Counted from the stretch's first letter, positions 13,301 through 27,195 are shown. The stretch is DNA of 64,000 bases from Geosiphon pyriformis uo1 (GCA_016748015.1 JAAOMT010000436.1:754033-818032); one strand, 5' to 3'. The notes: generated by a model not told the origin, from the sequence alone. Program-made: numbers and translations.

Positions 13301-15044
13301 CTCTTTTCAGTTTCCTGTTAAGTTGATAGTCAATTCAATGAACAATTTTTTGGCTGGTGTTACTAAAATTTTTTTGCATAATAAGATTTTCTTGGCCAAT
13401 GGCTTGTCCAATGCTTTTTGTTTCAAGCATGGTTTTCTCATTTTGGATATTTTGGGTCAAGCACTATACTTTTGGATTTACAGATTACTAAAGTGTTTTG
13501 GAATTATTTTTGCAGATTAATTTTTAAACAGCCATGAAAAATGTTTTAATTGGAAAAATTTTTGCTGTTGGAAATGATTGGATTCTAGGGGTTTAGTTCC
13601 TTTTTGGTTCACAATGGTTTCAGATTTTGTCAAAGGTAGTGGTCTAGTTAAAGGTCTTCCTTCCACTTTTGGATGCTTTTCCAAGTTAAATGTTTCTGAT
13701 ATGAGCAGTATTAGTGTCATCTGCTCTAGTCTAAAAGATGCTTTTTTGCCTGAAATTTCAATTTACACTGATAGTTCTGTTAAAAACTTTGGTACATCTA
13801 GTGCTGCCAGAGGAGCTATCACCTATTTTTCTGATCTAGATTTGTATGTAAAGGTGGAGATCCATGATTTGTTATCATCTACCTTGGCTGAAATATAAGC
13901 TGTTGTATTGGCTCTTGAGTGTGTTCTAGCTTTCTCTAAAGTCACAGTTTTTTCTGACAGTTAGGCTTTCTTGGATGCTTGCCAGGCTGAGTTGAGATTG
14001 GTGGCTCCTAATTTTCACAATAGATGCTGGATAGAGCACCATTATATTAACAATTTAGTCAAATATAAGAACATTTCTATCACTTGGACAAAAGTGAAAG
14101 ATTATTCTGATGTATTGGACAATGAACATATTGATAGGTTGGCTGATCTGGCCACCTCATTGGGGCTTGTTTTTTCAGTGAATGTTAAGGAAAAATTCTT
14201 ATTGGCAGATGATAAAACAATTTCTGGTAATACACATTACTTTGTTAAAACAACAAATAATACTGTTAAGTGTTTTCAATGGAAATTTGGATCTGGTTTA
14301 AGCATCATAGATTCTTCATGGGTTGGCAACATTAATTGGGTTTGTACTGCTTTAGTCTGACACTCTAACTCCCACATGTCTGCTAAATATATAAGCAAAG
14401 CCACTTCTGGCTTGTGCACATATTTGATGAAGGTTTTACACAGAAGGCTGTCTGTAATTGTTAGAAAGTACTTGTATAATCACAGCTATCCTAGTATTTT
14501 GTGTATGTGTTGTGGGGAGATGGATTTTTCAGATCATAGTTTTGTTTGTGGCTTGAACTTTTTGACACATCAGGGCTTATTGAGTAAGTATTCTTCTCTT
14601 TGGAAATCTTTTACTGGAGCAATCTTGTTATTATTTATGATACATCAGTTTTTGGCTTTATTTGTTTTTGATGTTAAACTTTATACAATTTTGTGCAAGA
14701 GGTTTATATTCGAGGATTGGTTGATAAAAGCTAAGGCATCTTTTGAAAATACTAAGCTTGCAATGTTTAATCTAATTGGGTTCATTTGGAGCATGGTTGC
14801 TGGTCATAAGAAGTGAATTTGGATGTTTAATTCGAAACTTTGAGCTAAAATGGAGCATCAAGGGTTGCTATATGTAGATGGATTTTCATATGATGTCATT
14901 TAAGATTTTTCTGCTAGAATTTTAGGTGGTGTTGCTCATTTGTTGAGAATTGGAAGAGGTTATGTCACCAATCTTGGCCTGAGTATTGGCCATTTGTTTT
15001 TTGCTAATACTATTGGCAAAATTATGGTTGATATAGTTGTGTAG
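10357..15044 (+). pseudogene. LINE ORF2: AP endonuclease - reverse transcriptase - RNase H - CCHC zinc finger
   Basis: APE motifs NIRGINN, GDFNE, IDFILV; RT motifs KAAG, KPIAFIET, LQNMSKAYNSV, GLDQSEVFSP, AFMDN (from FVDD); RNase H IYTDSS, STLAE, WTKVK..NEHIDRLA; CMCC...DHSFVC. Confidence 0.93.
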
Positions 15045-15179
15045 TGTAATCTTGATTGGCCAAGTGGCTGGTCATATGTAGTAAATGTATGAATCACATT
15101 TAATTTAGAACTTTAGATAGTTGTATTATATTAGATAGTGATTGGGCTTTACTTATTAAATGAATAAAAAAAAAAATTA

Positions 15180-17398
15180 TATTGTTGTTAGTTTTTTTGA
15201 TATTGTTAATTAACTTTTTAAATATTGGTTTTTGACTTTATAAATTATAAGTTAAACTTTTAAAAATTTATTATAGTTTTTTGTTAAATTAAAAGTTAAC
15301 TTACTTAATAATTTTTTGGTTAATATAATCAAGATTTTATTAAATTGTAATATTATTTTAATAAAATTTTTATTTATAATATTTTATTATTTTAATAATT
15401 TTCTAATATTAAATATTTTTAATATATTATTATATTATAAAGTATTGGTTTTTAAAAAAGTTTGATGTAATTTTTAGTAAATATTTAGTTAATAAACATA
15501 ATTAAATTTTTAAGTAAAAAACTTTTTATTATTGAAAAAAACTAAATTTAAAAAATTTTATGTTTTAATAATTTAATATTATTATTAAATTTCTTTAAAA
15601 TAAAAATTTATACATGGTTGTTTTATTTTTTGGTTATAATACAAATTATTAATGTTTATAATTTGTGTAATTTTTTTGTGATCAAAAAATATTTAATAAA
15701 AATAGAGTTATTTATTATTAATATTTTTATAAATAACTTATTAAAAAATTAAATTTCTGTAATATATTTAATAATATTACAGTTTTTTTAAGAATTTGGG
15801 TTTAAAAATTAGTGTTTATGTTTTTGGTTTAAGTTTATTAATGCTGGCTAAATTGCAAACTATTTTTTAAATCATTGTATATATATTAATACTTAGTATA
15901 ATTAATATTTATTTATTTATTTTTATTTATTTATTTAATGAGTGAGGTCCAAACACTGCCTAATACAATACATCATACAAGTAATTTAAACTAGGTGTGA
16001 ATCATGCATTTCCTACACATGACCAGCCACTCGGGCTAATCAAGACAACACTAGGCACTTATATATACTGAAATCATATCACTGATACCTGCAAAGAATA
16101 AACAAGACTTATGAAACCCAAAACTCACACCAAATGCATCTGCAATACCCAACAACCTAACCACACCAGCCGAAAGCACTGAAAGAAGACCAGAAACTGA
16201 GACAGGAACAAAACCATTATACAGGATCATGCCACTCTTTTCCATATTTATTTTAATAGTTAATTTGCTTTTAATATTTGTATTTTTAAGCTTAATTTAA
16301 AATTATTAGACATTTGTAATAATTGTTAAATTAAAAAAAAAACAGATTATTAACTTTATTTATAATAAAAATATTTTAATTATTTGATTTAAAATTAAAA
16401 ATTATTCTAATATTATTAGTAATTTTATTGCTAATAAGTTAATTAATAAGACTATTTATATAATTTTGTATCTTCTTATTTTAATTTATAAAAGATTTTT
16501 TTAGTTAATAGAGTAACTATTTTAAATAATATTTAATGTTTTGTTTATAATATATTAAATAATAAATTATAATTATTGAAAAGTTAAACTTAATATTAAT
16601 ATAATTAATAATAATATAAGTAAAAACATAAATTGGTAATATTTTTTTTAATTTGACATTCTAATTTTCATATAAAATTAAATTTTATTAGTAAGTTTTT
16701 TAACAAATTTATATACATATTTAATAAAAGTTGTTTATAAATGGTTTTTTGTTGTTGTTTAAAAATATTTATTTAATAAATAATATTCTAGAATTTTTTG
16801 TTTTTATTGTAATAAAATAAAATTTTTGAATTATGTTTTTATATACAATTAGATACTATTATTTGTTTAAAGTTATTAATAAACTTGACTAAATTTTGGA
16901 ATTTTTATTAATATTTTGTTTTTATTATTTTTGATTTTGTATTTTTTTTTTGTATATTAAATAATATTTTATATGTTGTTATATATAAAAGTTTTGTTTT
17001 TAAAATTTGGTTTATTGAAATAATATTAATTTTTAAAAATACTAAATTTACAAACTTATAATTGGTCTTTTTTTTATATTAAGTAATAACAGATTATTAA
17101 AAAAAATAATTTAATTAATAATAATATATGTGTTTTTTATATTTGTGTAATTTATCTAAGTAGTTTTTTTAAAAATATAATATATATGCTTGATATTATT
17201 AAAGTTTTTGTAATTAGTTTTGATTTATATAGTAAATATTAATTTTTTTGGTTTAAATAATAGTATTAATATTAATATAAATATATAATATAGTTTTAAT
17301 TAATTTAAATAACTAGTTACATATAACAAATATATAAATTATATTTAATTATAAATACTTAATTTGTTTATATTTATTAAATAATATAATAAAAAAAA
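15180..17398 (+). mobile_element. Extremely eroded LINE copy (RNase H to 3' end), interrupted by a young 5'-truncated LINE
   Basis: Residual alignment to 13820-15176 (atgctggctaaattgcaaactatt ~ TLAELQAI; 3' UTR remnant near 17290-17330; A-tail ~17390). Left boundary uncertain. Confidence 0.65.
15911..16245 (-). mobile_element. Young 5'-truncated LINE (last ~65 codons of ORF2 + 3' UTR + (TAAA)n tail)
   Basis: Intact ORF 16051-16245 homologous to the ORF2 C-terminus; CpGs retained; 3' end nearly identical to 52474-52600. Confidence 0.9.
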
Positions 17399-17399
17399 G

Positions 17400-18500
17400 T
17401 TTATTTTTTTAAAAAAATTTTTGATTGTAAACTTATTTATAAATTAATAAAAAAATTTTTTAAATAATATTATAAAATAGTAATTTTTTTACAATTTTAA
17501 AAAAAATTTATTTTATTAAAATTAATATATAGTCTAACTACTATTTAATACAATATGTTAAACTAAATAATTTAAATTAAATATAGTTTATATGCTTTTT
17601 ACATATAACTAAATATAAGTTTAATTTAAATTAAATTATATTAAATATAAAAAAACTTACTTTAAAATAATATTTTATTTATAATAAAAACCAATATATT
17701 ATTATTTTAATTAAACTATTTAAATATTTAATAATTATATTTATGTTAAACTTAATACTATTAAGTTAATATTTTTAGAAAGTAATTATTTAAGTTTAAA
17801 GTTTATTATCAAGTAAATTAATAATATTTTTGATATTAAGTTAAAATTTATTGGTTAATAAAAATATAATTTTATTTATTTTAAGTTTTATGTATTATTT
17901 AATATTGTTTTAATTTATTGGTTAATTTTAATAAAAAACAATATTAAAATTTTTTAAAATATAAAAAAATTATTATTTTTAAAGATATTTTTAAAGCCAA
18001 ATTAATAAATTTTTTTTAGTTGTATTGTTTTTAAAAGTAATAAATTAATTTTTTAAGTATATAATTATACTTGTTTTATTTTTTAGTGTTTAAATTTTAT
18101 TTAATATTTAAAATATATTATTGTTGTTTTTGGATTTTAAAATAACTTTTTTGTAATATAAATTACCAAATTTAATTAAACTTATTGGTTTTTTAATTAA
18201 TTATAAAATTGGTAAATAAAACAAAATTTTTTTATTTTTATTATAAAGAAACAGATTAATATGTTTTTAATAAAGTTATTAAAAATTAAAATAAAAAAAT
18301 AATTTGTTTTAAAATAAAATAAAATAGTTATATAATTGGTTAATTTGGTTTTTAATAATAATAATTTATTTGTAATTTATGTAAAAAATAATTGTTTTAA
18401 ATAAGTTTTCTTTTGTAAATTCAATATAATTTGGTTTTGATTGATTTAAATAACTAATTATATAAAAATATTATTAAAATTTGATTCTGATTTTTTATAT
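17400..18500 (-). repeat. Eroded interspersed repeat; its right end matches ~55490-55580
   Basis: ataattgttttaaataagttttcttttgtaaattcaa...aaaaatat (18388-18470) vs ataattgttttaataaatttacttttgtaaattcaa...aaaaatat (55496-55580). Family and strand tentative. Confidence 0.5.
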
Positions 18501-19882
18501 GAAAAAAATATTAAAAATATTTACAATTATTTGCAATTATTAAAAAAATTTAAAAAAATTAAAATATTAAACATTATACAATTTAAAAAACAATAAAATT
18601 ATAACATTTTATATTTATAAAATAAAAATTAAAGTGTGTTTTAATTTTAAAAAAAAATATACATATATATATATATATATGTATATGTATATGTATATAT
18701 AATTTGATTAAAATACTCGGTTTAAAAACTAGTAAATTAATTTTTATATATTGATTATTTTATCATAGCGCAAATAAACTTTTTAAGCTTTTTTAATTTT
18801 TTATAAAGTTGCACATTAAATCAACTGTAACAATTCCAATCTAATATAATATTTTAAGAAAAAGAAAATATATAAAACGATGTATGACATACACACGTAC
18901 AACAAATTTATTTCATCAAGTCCAAAATAGTAAAGAATAAAAATAAAAACTGCACTTGGCATTTATATTACAAAAATAAAAAAGAAAGCCGACTTTAATT
19001 CAAGGAGTAATTGAAAATTAGCATCTTTCTCATGCTTGGTAGTTCAGATATCATTTTTAAAATAACAAAAAAGGGAGGATCCAAATTACCCGTTTAAAAA
19101 TAATTGAAATGGGTGGGAAATATCATTGACGTCATCATTATGTTTAATTCAAAAGGGTAAAATAAAAAAGAAGGCTGATGGTTTTTAGGTTGAGAAAAAG
19201 ATGACGAATGGGAATGTACGGTAATTATCAGACGGATCTTAATCATAGCATACATAGAAAATAATTTTGGGGGTTGTAGAGGGTTGAAATATTGCTAATT
19301 ATCATAGGCGAAACAAGAATGCTTTTCTCTAAAAGGAAAAGATAACGTATAATTTTGCGCATTCAAGAAAAAAATTTACAAATACGAGGCAACATCAAGA
19401 ATCATATATATAGTGTAAGTTTGGGACATTTCTGCTTTGAGCTCTTTTGAAATAATGGAAAAAAAAATAGTCGTAAAGAAAATAATCAAAAAAAATTTAC
19501 AAATAGTTAACGGACATTATCTGTGTGTGATTTTCGAGAAGAAAATTAAGTTTTTTTTTTTTTCAGAGATGAAATACTTATGAATAGGGGATTCGATCCT
19601 ATAGGAGATTTAATCATTGAAAAAATCGGAAACGAGAACATATACCTGTTTGGGAAGAATCAAAATCAACCAATCTTTACAATTTTTACAGTGTAATAGT
19701 ATAATAATATTATTAATAATATTAATGATAATAGGCTCTCCATACCGTAATATCAAGAAACTCGTAACGAGAAAACATCGAAGCTTTCTCTTGTCCGTTC
19801 GTGAAGTATATTTACAATTCAAACAAAGTTTATTTTTCAAAACAGAGTCAATCTTTCTTTCTCTGTCCACTCTTTCATGAAT

Positions 19883-20059
19883 TCATGTAGTCGATTGATT
19901 GGCTTGATTGATAGATGGCCAATAATTCATGGCTGGCATTGCTTGAGGTAAAGCTGGACGACTTCGAGTCCTCAGCAATTCACATAAATCATCTCCCATC
20001 ACCCGATCACTATCCTCTTCACCAACACCCGGGACAACCCCACCTCTGTGACCATTACT

Positions 20060-20092
<33 letters not shown>

Positions 20093-22074
20093 GCCATTAT
20101 TACAACCAGATCCAGAGCTTCCTACTAAATATGCACCACGATTTCGATTTGACATCAATGGTAACGTTGCTTGTGGAGGTGAATTGGAGCTTAATTTCGT
20201 TGATGAATGACGATAATCAGATCGGTATAACGGTTCCATACTTGAATCAGAAGGTGAAAGACTGCGAACTTGAACATCAGGTAAACCGTTAGCGGTACGA
20301 TTCATAGTAGTATTTGAAGGAGAACTCTCTGGAGAAGAATTTGGCGAGTAAGGATAATTCGGACGATTATCAAACAACGAGGAGTGATCATTAAAATGAC
20401 CATTGTTGTGATTATGATGAGTATTGTTATTACTATTACGATTACTATTACTACTACTATTACTACCACTGCTATTATTACGATCTTTTTGTCTCATCCA
20501 AGGTTCTTCTCCAAGGCCATGAGTATCATCTTCGGTAGTTGAAGTGTATGAAGAGTGGGAAAATTGTTGACCATTATTACCACCACCAACACCACCACCA
20601 CCCGAGGAGTTGTTACCCCGATGACGTCCATGACCATCATCATCGTTCATATCACTATCACCTTTGTAACGTGCAAGCTCAGCACGAAGTTTCCCAATCA
20701 TTGAAGACATTTCTTGCTTTTCTTTTTGCAAGTTTTCCATCATCTTTTTTACATTGTCCAAATCTTTTGCCTTTTGCTCCAAGTCTTTAATGTAACGATC
20801 TTTTCGTTGACGAAAAGCTCGTTGAGCGGCACGATTTTGAGCGGCCCTTTTTGAATTAGTCAAAGTACGACTATTAGAGGGAGATCTAACAGCATTCAAC
20901 ATTACTTGAGACATATCATTTGGAGATTGAGCGAGTGAGCCGGGGGATGGAAGATTTTGTGGGACATTTTGTGACTGGGCTTGATGAGCTAGAATTAGAG
21001 AAGTTTGTGGAACCGGAAAAGTTGGAATTAAGGGGGAAGGATTCAATCCAAGTGTCCCTGAGGATTGTTGTTCATGCATAGCACGTGGGGGCAAAGCAGG
21101 TTTTCCTTCTGGCACTTGAACGAAAGCGAGAGAATGGGACGATACGGTGAAAGGGAAAAAAAGCGAGATAAAAGTGAATGGATTAGAGATAAGTTTATAA
21201 AATAAAATAAAATAAAATAAAGTAAACGGAGGGATAGATAATCAGGTCTACAGGTGGGTGGAGAGACCTTGCAGGGACCGAAATTGTCATAATAATGGTT
21301 TCAGCGTGTACCATAATTATTATTGTGGTGATGGTGGTGGTGGTGGTGGTGGTGGTGGTGTACATTATTTTGCATAGCACAAGCACACAAAAATATTTCC
21401 CGAAATCAAAAGCCACACTAGAGAAAGAGATTGAATCACCATAAAAAGTACCAGGGGTAAAAAAAATTTTCCTCACTGGACAATGCATGGGTGTAAAATC
21501 TACGTTTTTCCTATAGGCCCACAGAATTGAATTTACAGAAAAAAAAAAAAAAACATTAAAAAATTTAATTCTTACATTGAGTATTAGAATATCCGTTGAA
21601 GGGAGCTAAAACATTTGAAGAATTAGATCCGTTGTTTTGAGGCGGATAACCTAAAGGAGAAGGTTGTCCTCTTTTCTCCAAACTGTTCCAACCATTAGAT
21701 GATAGGGTAGCTTGTGGGATTACTTGTTGTGATTGATGGTGATGCGAGGGTTGTTGTTGTTGTTGTTGTTGTTGTTGATGATGAGAGTGGTGGTGGTGAT
21801 GGTGGTGATGGTGGAGTGGAGAGGTTCCATTCGTGGTAGGAGAAGAAGAAGAAGATTGAGAGTGTTGTTGTTGTTGGGATTGTTCAACTGTACTAGGAGG
21901 ACTAACGGTTAGATAATAAGGACTTCCGGCCGTGTTTGGAGGAGGTGGTGGTTGAAGAGTTGGAGTCGAGGTAATATTTGTTTGCCGAAAAGTTGGAGTA
22001 TTTGTATTGGGATTATTTGAAGACAAGGAAAGTTGGTGAGGAGTGTTGTAAACGTTTCCGAACGACATTGTCAT
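19883..22074 (-). CDS. AP-1/Yap-type (KapC-like) bZIP transcription factor, 2 exons (22074-21576, 21114-19883), ~576 aa
   Basis: Basic region SKRAAQNRAAQRAFRQRK plus leucine zipper; His/Gln/Asn/Ser low-complexity tracts; GTAAG donor at 21575 and polypyrimidine-AAG acceptor at 21115 join in phase (T+TG = Leu). Confidence 0.88.
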
Positions 22075-22240
22075 TTTAATTATTATTTCTTTTTTGGTTT
22101 AAAAAGAAGAAGAATTGGTTGTTTTTTTTTTTTAGATTTAGTGGAAAAAATTGAATTTGATTGATTGATTGATTGATTGATCAGTTTGAAATTAAGATAA
22201 AAATGTTTTGCATCAAAAATCCGGTTTTAAAATTATGTTT

Positions 22241-22300
22241 GAAGGAAGAAAGGAAGGAAGGAAGGAAGGAAGGAAGGAAGGAAGGAAGGAAGGAAGGAAG
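22241..22300. repeat. (GAAG)n microsatellite
   Basis: Seen directly in the sequence. Confidence 0.95.
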
Positions 22301-23537
22301 GGGAAATAGGGGAGAGAGGATATAAAGAGTAATATGAGAGGAAAAAAGAGGTTTTTTAATGATAAGAGAGAGATTAAGAAATGTGAAAGAATGGTTTTTA
22401 GGAATATTTAAAAAAATTTTCAAAAAAGACCAAAATTATTATTTTTTTTTTTCCGAAAAAACGTCGTAAAATAACAAAAAAAAGAAAAATCAGTTATTTC
22501 GATTATTCTTCGGTTGTTGTATCTGAGGAAAAAAAAAAAATCGTTTAAAAAAAAAATTTCTTCCCAATAATGATTGACTGATTGTAGCTGAAGGGTTTTT
22601 GCGTGATCTATTTTTATTAGGAAGGCTAATATTGAACTTTGTTTTTAAGGTTTAGAAAAGCTTATTTCTTGTACCAAAGGGGAAGGGGGGATAAGTAAAC
22701 GAGGTAAAGGGAAACACCGTACGTTACGTTACGTTATGTTACTATTTTCTTTTTTGCTGCTGCAACCAAAAGACAAGGGTAAGCAAGCAAGCAAGCAAGC
22801 AAGGGAAAAGTAGCTAAACGTTGACAACTAAAAGACGACGACCGTTAATATTACGATGAAATTCAAGTTGTCAAAAAAAAAAAAAATTTTTTTTTTGAAA
22901 AGCTTTAAAGACTTGACCGAAAAAAAATTTTTTTTTTATATAGGATCTGATAATTGTTTCAAAAAAAGTTTCCCGGCTTTCGCTTTTTTGCGTCAGCTTC
23001 AAAAAAAAAAATAATAATAATAATAATTGCCAAATGCTTGCAGCAAATCTCCTAAAGCTGCTTGCAGAATGGAAAAGAGGTAATCCAATTATTTTTTATT
23101 TATAAAAAAAAGAAACATCCAAAAATTTGAAGATCTTTATAGATCGACAGATCCTATATACACTGTAAAAAAAAAAAAAAATTTGTTTGTTTAAAGAAGA
23201 ATTCAAGGAACACACATTGAAGAGTATCGTTTTCATGGTTGGTTGGTTGGTTGGTTGTGTAGTCAAAAGAGTAATTTAAAATTTATTTATTTATTTATTT
23301 ATTTATTAAATCATATATTAAAAAATTATATCATTATTTGTTTTAAATGAAATAGATTAACAGCTTTCATAATGAAAATGCGCTGTTAATGAAAATCAAT
23401 TGATTAAAAATCACAATGATATTATTAAAAGATGACGGTTTAATAACAAACTTATGATAAGCACCGAAAGTTCTACGCACAGACTAAAAAGAAATCTTTA
23501 ATATATATATATATAAATATATATAAATAAAAAGAAA

Positions 23538-23568
<31 letters not shown>

Positions 23569-23990
23569 GATTGAAATAGAAATAGAAACTCGTTGGAATT
23601 GATAGTTAATTAAGAAAAATTAGCAAAGAGGGAAGTAGTCGAAATAAAGAAATAAAGAAATAAAGAAATAAAGAAAAGATAGATAGAAAGAGAGAGAAAA
23701 AAAATCTCGACTTCAAAGGGCACAATTATTTGTGAAACTATCATGTTGGATCCCAGAATCTTTTCCCAGACTAGCACGACTGGCATATTTATTGTGGTTA
23801 TTTATTGTTTGATAAACAAAATCTTCTCAGTTCTATTGTCAGAAAGATTTCCAGGTGTAACTGGTTTTAAAATATCTGTCTGTCCATTCCTATTCAAGAA
23901 TTTATATCAGCTATGGTTTTTAGTAGATTATGTTATAAATTTTTTTTTTTTTTGGGGGGGGGGGGGGGGGGGGAAGCTTTTTTGAAGTGA

Positions 23991-24284
23991 NNNNNNNNNN
24001 NNNNNNNNNNNNNNNNNNNNNNNNNNNNNNNNNNNNNNNNNNNNNNNNNNNNNNNNNNNNNNNNNNNNNNNNNNNNNNNNNNNNNNNNNNNNNNNNNNNN
24101 NNNNNNNNNNNNNNNNNNNNNNNNNNNNNNNNNNNNNNNNNNNNNNNNNNNNNNNNNNNNNNNNNNNNNNNNNNNNNNNNNNNNNNNNNNNNNNNNNNNN
24201 NNNNNNNNNNNNNNNNNNNNNNNNNNNNNNNNNNNNNNNNNNNNNNNNNNNNNNNNNNNNNNNNNNNNNNNNNNNNNNNNNNNN
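23991..24284. other. Assembly gap (294 N) between a poly-T/poly-G tract and an (AAT)n tract
   Basis: Run of N. Confidence 1.
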
Positions 24285-24287
24285 ATG

Positions 24288-24440
<153 letters not shown>

Positions 24441-25165
24441 ATGCTAAAAAAAATTTTTTTAATGCTGGAAAAACCGTATCAAGTCGGGTAATTGAAAAGC
24501 GATCTGAATACCATCTGTGGAATCTCACGCGATTCAAGTCTAAATGTTTCTTTCAATCCGTAACGCCCCAATTAAACAATGAATGTGTTACCTTGCATGT
24601 AATACTCAGTTTTTTGGTGGTTGATGCCGCGCATTGGTACCTGATCAATAGATTTAATCTCTTTACCTTCTTTACAGTTTAAGGAAAAATAGAAAGTGAC
24701 ACGCAATGAGAAGAGCAGATGCAGATATGAACTAATAAAATATCTATAATTTGGAAATAAATGCATTGATTAACTATTTTTGAATCCCTTACTACTATCT
24801 GATCAAAGCTTCCATTTCTTAATTTTAAGTTCATTTCTTAAAAGCGTAAATCCCTTTTTAAAAAAGATTCAATTTCAAATTGACAATGGATCGGTGGTTG
24901 GAAATTTCAGCAAGAAGGAATTAATTTAAAGTTTATTGATTTTTCGGTATTGGATGAGTTGTGAGATAGAAAACAATGGAATCATAATAACTCATAACCA
25001 TTTTTAATTGCTACCTCTCTCTCTCTCTCGTAATAAGATAAGTTATTCTTAAAAGGAGTATGCAATCAATTTAGATTAAGGTTGATCCCGTGTTTGTAGA
25101 AGCAAAAAAACATTTAGTCATCAGTCAGACTTGCTCACTCTTACTTTTTTTCACTCTTTCATTCT

Positions 25166-25171
25166 TTCTCT

Positions 25172-25232
<61 letters not shown>
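25166..25232. repeat. (CT)n microsatellite
   Basis: Seen directly in the sequence. Confidence 0.95.
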
Positions 25233-25233
<1 letters not shown>

Positions 25234-25878
25234 TAATCCTAACCATAACCTTCTCCCTCACTCTCGTACGTACCCCTTGCATCAATAAACCTCAGTTCTG
25301 TCTGTTGCAATTTAGAATTTGAACCTAATTTGTTTTTTTTTTAAAGTTTTAATTTTGACTTCGGGTTACATTTTTAAAAAATAGTGACAAAGTAGATCCA
25401 TGAAGATTTCAGAAATTTCGTTGGTCAATGCATCTAATATAAAAATTAGTACTTGTGTATGATTAGGGGTTCCCAAGCCAATAAGTTTTAATAGTCACCG
25501 GATATTGAAAATATGGGGATGGTGTACGTGAGAACTATAACCTTTTTATTTTTTTTAAATTTCTTTGTCATGTGTACTTTTTGTGAAATATTGTTAATTT
25601 GGTAACAGGAAAAAAAATAAAGATCTAGTTCAATTTTTTTGGTCTGGAAAAAGATTATTTGGTTAAACAAATAAATCAAATACCAACAGATCATGATCCA
25701 CATAAAACTCTATAGTGAATCGGTAATACCCAAAAGTGCATTGAAATCTCAGATCTTAGCAGATTGGCAAGTTCCTTTAAGGATTATTCCTCTTTTTAGA
25801 AATGTTAATACAAACTTCGGTTGGTTAAGGACTAAACAAAAACTGGGGAAAAGGGAGTTTTTCCAGTCGATTAAAAAT

Positions 25879-25922
<44 letters not shown>

Positions 25923-26425
25923 TAATTGATCGAGGAATGAGAAAATCTTGGCAAACAACCAATTAAAAATTCATGTGATTTTGATTTTTTTTTTTTCAAA
26001 GATTTGGTTACTTTCTACTTTAGTGTTTACCGCGGAATTGGTAGCTGCTTTTACCTTTTTTCTTTTTCTATTAGACTAACTTCAAACAGATTACCAAACT
26101 ACCTATCTTTGTCACCTCCCATTTCCGAGAACTTCCTTTTTCCTTTGCTTACTACTTCGTCCCTCAAAACTGTCAAAAACTCGTTAATCAACTGGTTATT
26201 ATTTTTTATCTAAGAATTCCACGCGATAAATTACGATATCAATTACCCAATCATTTATTCCTAAAATATATCTGTTATTATCCAAAAAATCAACATTTTC
26301 ATAATTATTGTTATTTCCTTATCTATTATCTTGATGCTTTCGTAAACATGGTCAATGCTCAGACAAAAACCAATTGACCGTCGGTAATACCAAAACCGTT
26401 TTGCCTCTTTAAGAACTAATTTTGG

Positions 26426-26514
26426 AAAGAGAGAGAGTGAAAAAGAGAGTGAAAGAGAGTGAGAGAAAGAGAGTGAAAGAGAGTGAGAGAAAGAGTGAGA
26501 GTGAGAGAAAGAGA

Positions 26515-26555
<41 letters not shown>

Positions 26556-26570
26556 ATAGAGAGAGGGGAG
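26426..26570. repeat. (GAGAGT)n / purine-rich compound microsatellite
   Basis: Seen directly in the sequence. Confidence 0.93.
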
Positions 26571-27160
26571 AAAAGAAAAAAAATCTAATTTTAGGAAGAG
26601 AAAAATTAATTTTTTAAAATTGAGTTAAACTAAACTAAATTAAATTAAATTAAATGAAATTGCATAGAATTTAATACTAATGCTTTAGTTTTAGTATGAG
26701 ACGGTTACCAAATTTAATGATAATGAATGAAAATGAAAGATAAAGAAAGTAAAAAAAAAAAAAAGGTCCTACAAAGAATTTCTCTATGATCTGTTTGTGA
26801 GTGAATCCAATCCAATCCAATCCAATCCAATCCAAGTAAAGTAATATAAATGGGCGTCAATGCAATTAATTGAATAGTCTTATAGAACAATCAAAATGAA
26901 AAAATGATTCTCCAAAAAAGTTTATAAAAATAAACAATTTCATTCATTCGTTCGTTTTGTTCGTTTGTTCGTTAATCTTTGTTATTATTTATTTTTTGAT
27001 TTTTCCAAATGTTTTTTTTTAATTTTAATTCTTTTAATATTAATGAAAGATCACAAATAAAATAAATAAATAAATAAATGAATGAAATGAAATGAATCAA
27101 TGAATGAATTGGATACATAACCTTTACCGCAGTGAAAATAAAAAAAATCTTTGTTCTAAT

Positions 27161-27195
<35 letters not shown>

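Larger units (their letters stand above)
8385..15176 (+). mobile_element. Full-length (~6.8 kb) non-LTR retrotransposon (LINE) with RNase H, pseudogenised
   Basis: Pyrimidine-rich 5' end shared with the copy ending near 49281; ORF1 and ORF2; short structured 3' UTR; poly(A) tail at 15166-15176. Confidence 0.95.

Noticed and set aside
246-15044. Stop-codon reassignment or readthrough to explain the many in-frame TAA/TAG/TGA
   Set aside because: Stops differ between copies and map to CAA/CAG/CGA/TGG, and host genes use the standard code with open exons.
19127-19134. Perfect CRE palindrome TGACGTCA, and a YRE-like TTAGTCA near 25114, as autoregulatory sites
   Set aside because: Single short motifs are expected by chance, and the CRE lies downstream of the gene.
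19915-20790. Poly-Cys and His-rich ORFs on the + strand
   Set aside because: Antisense shadows of the Asn/Gly/Asp tracts of the bZIP gene.
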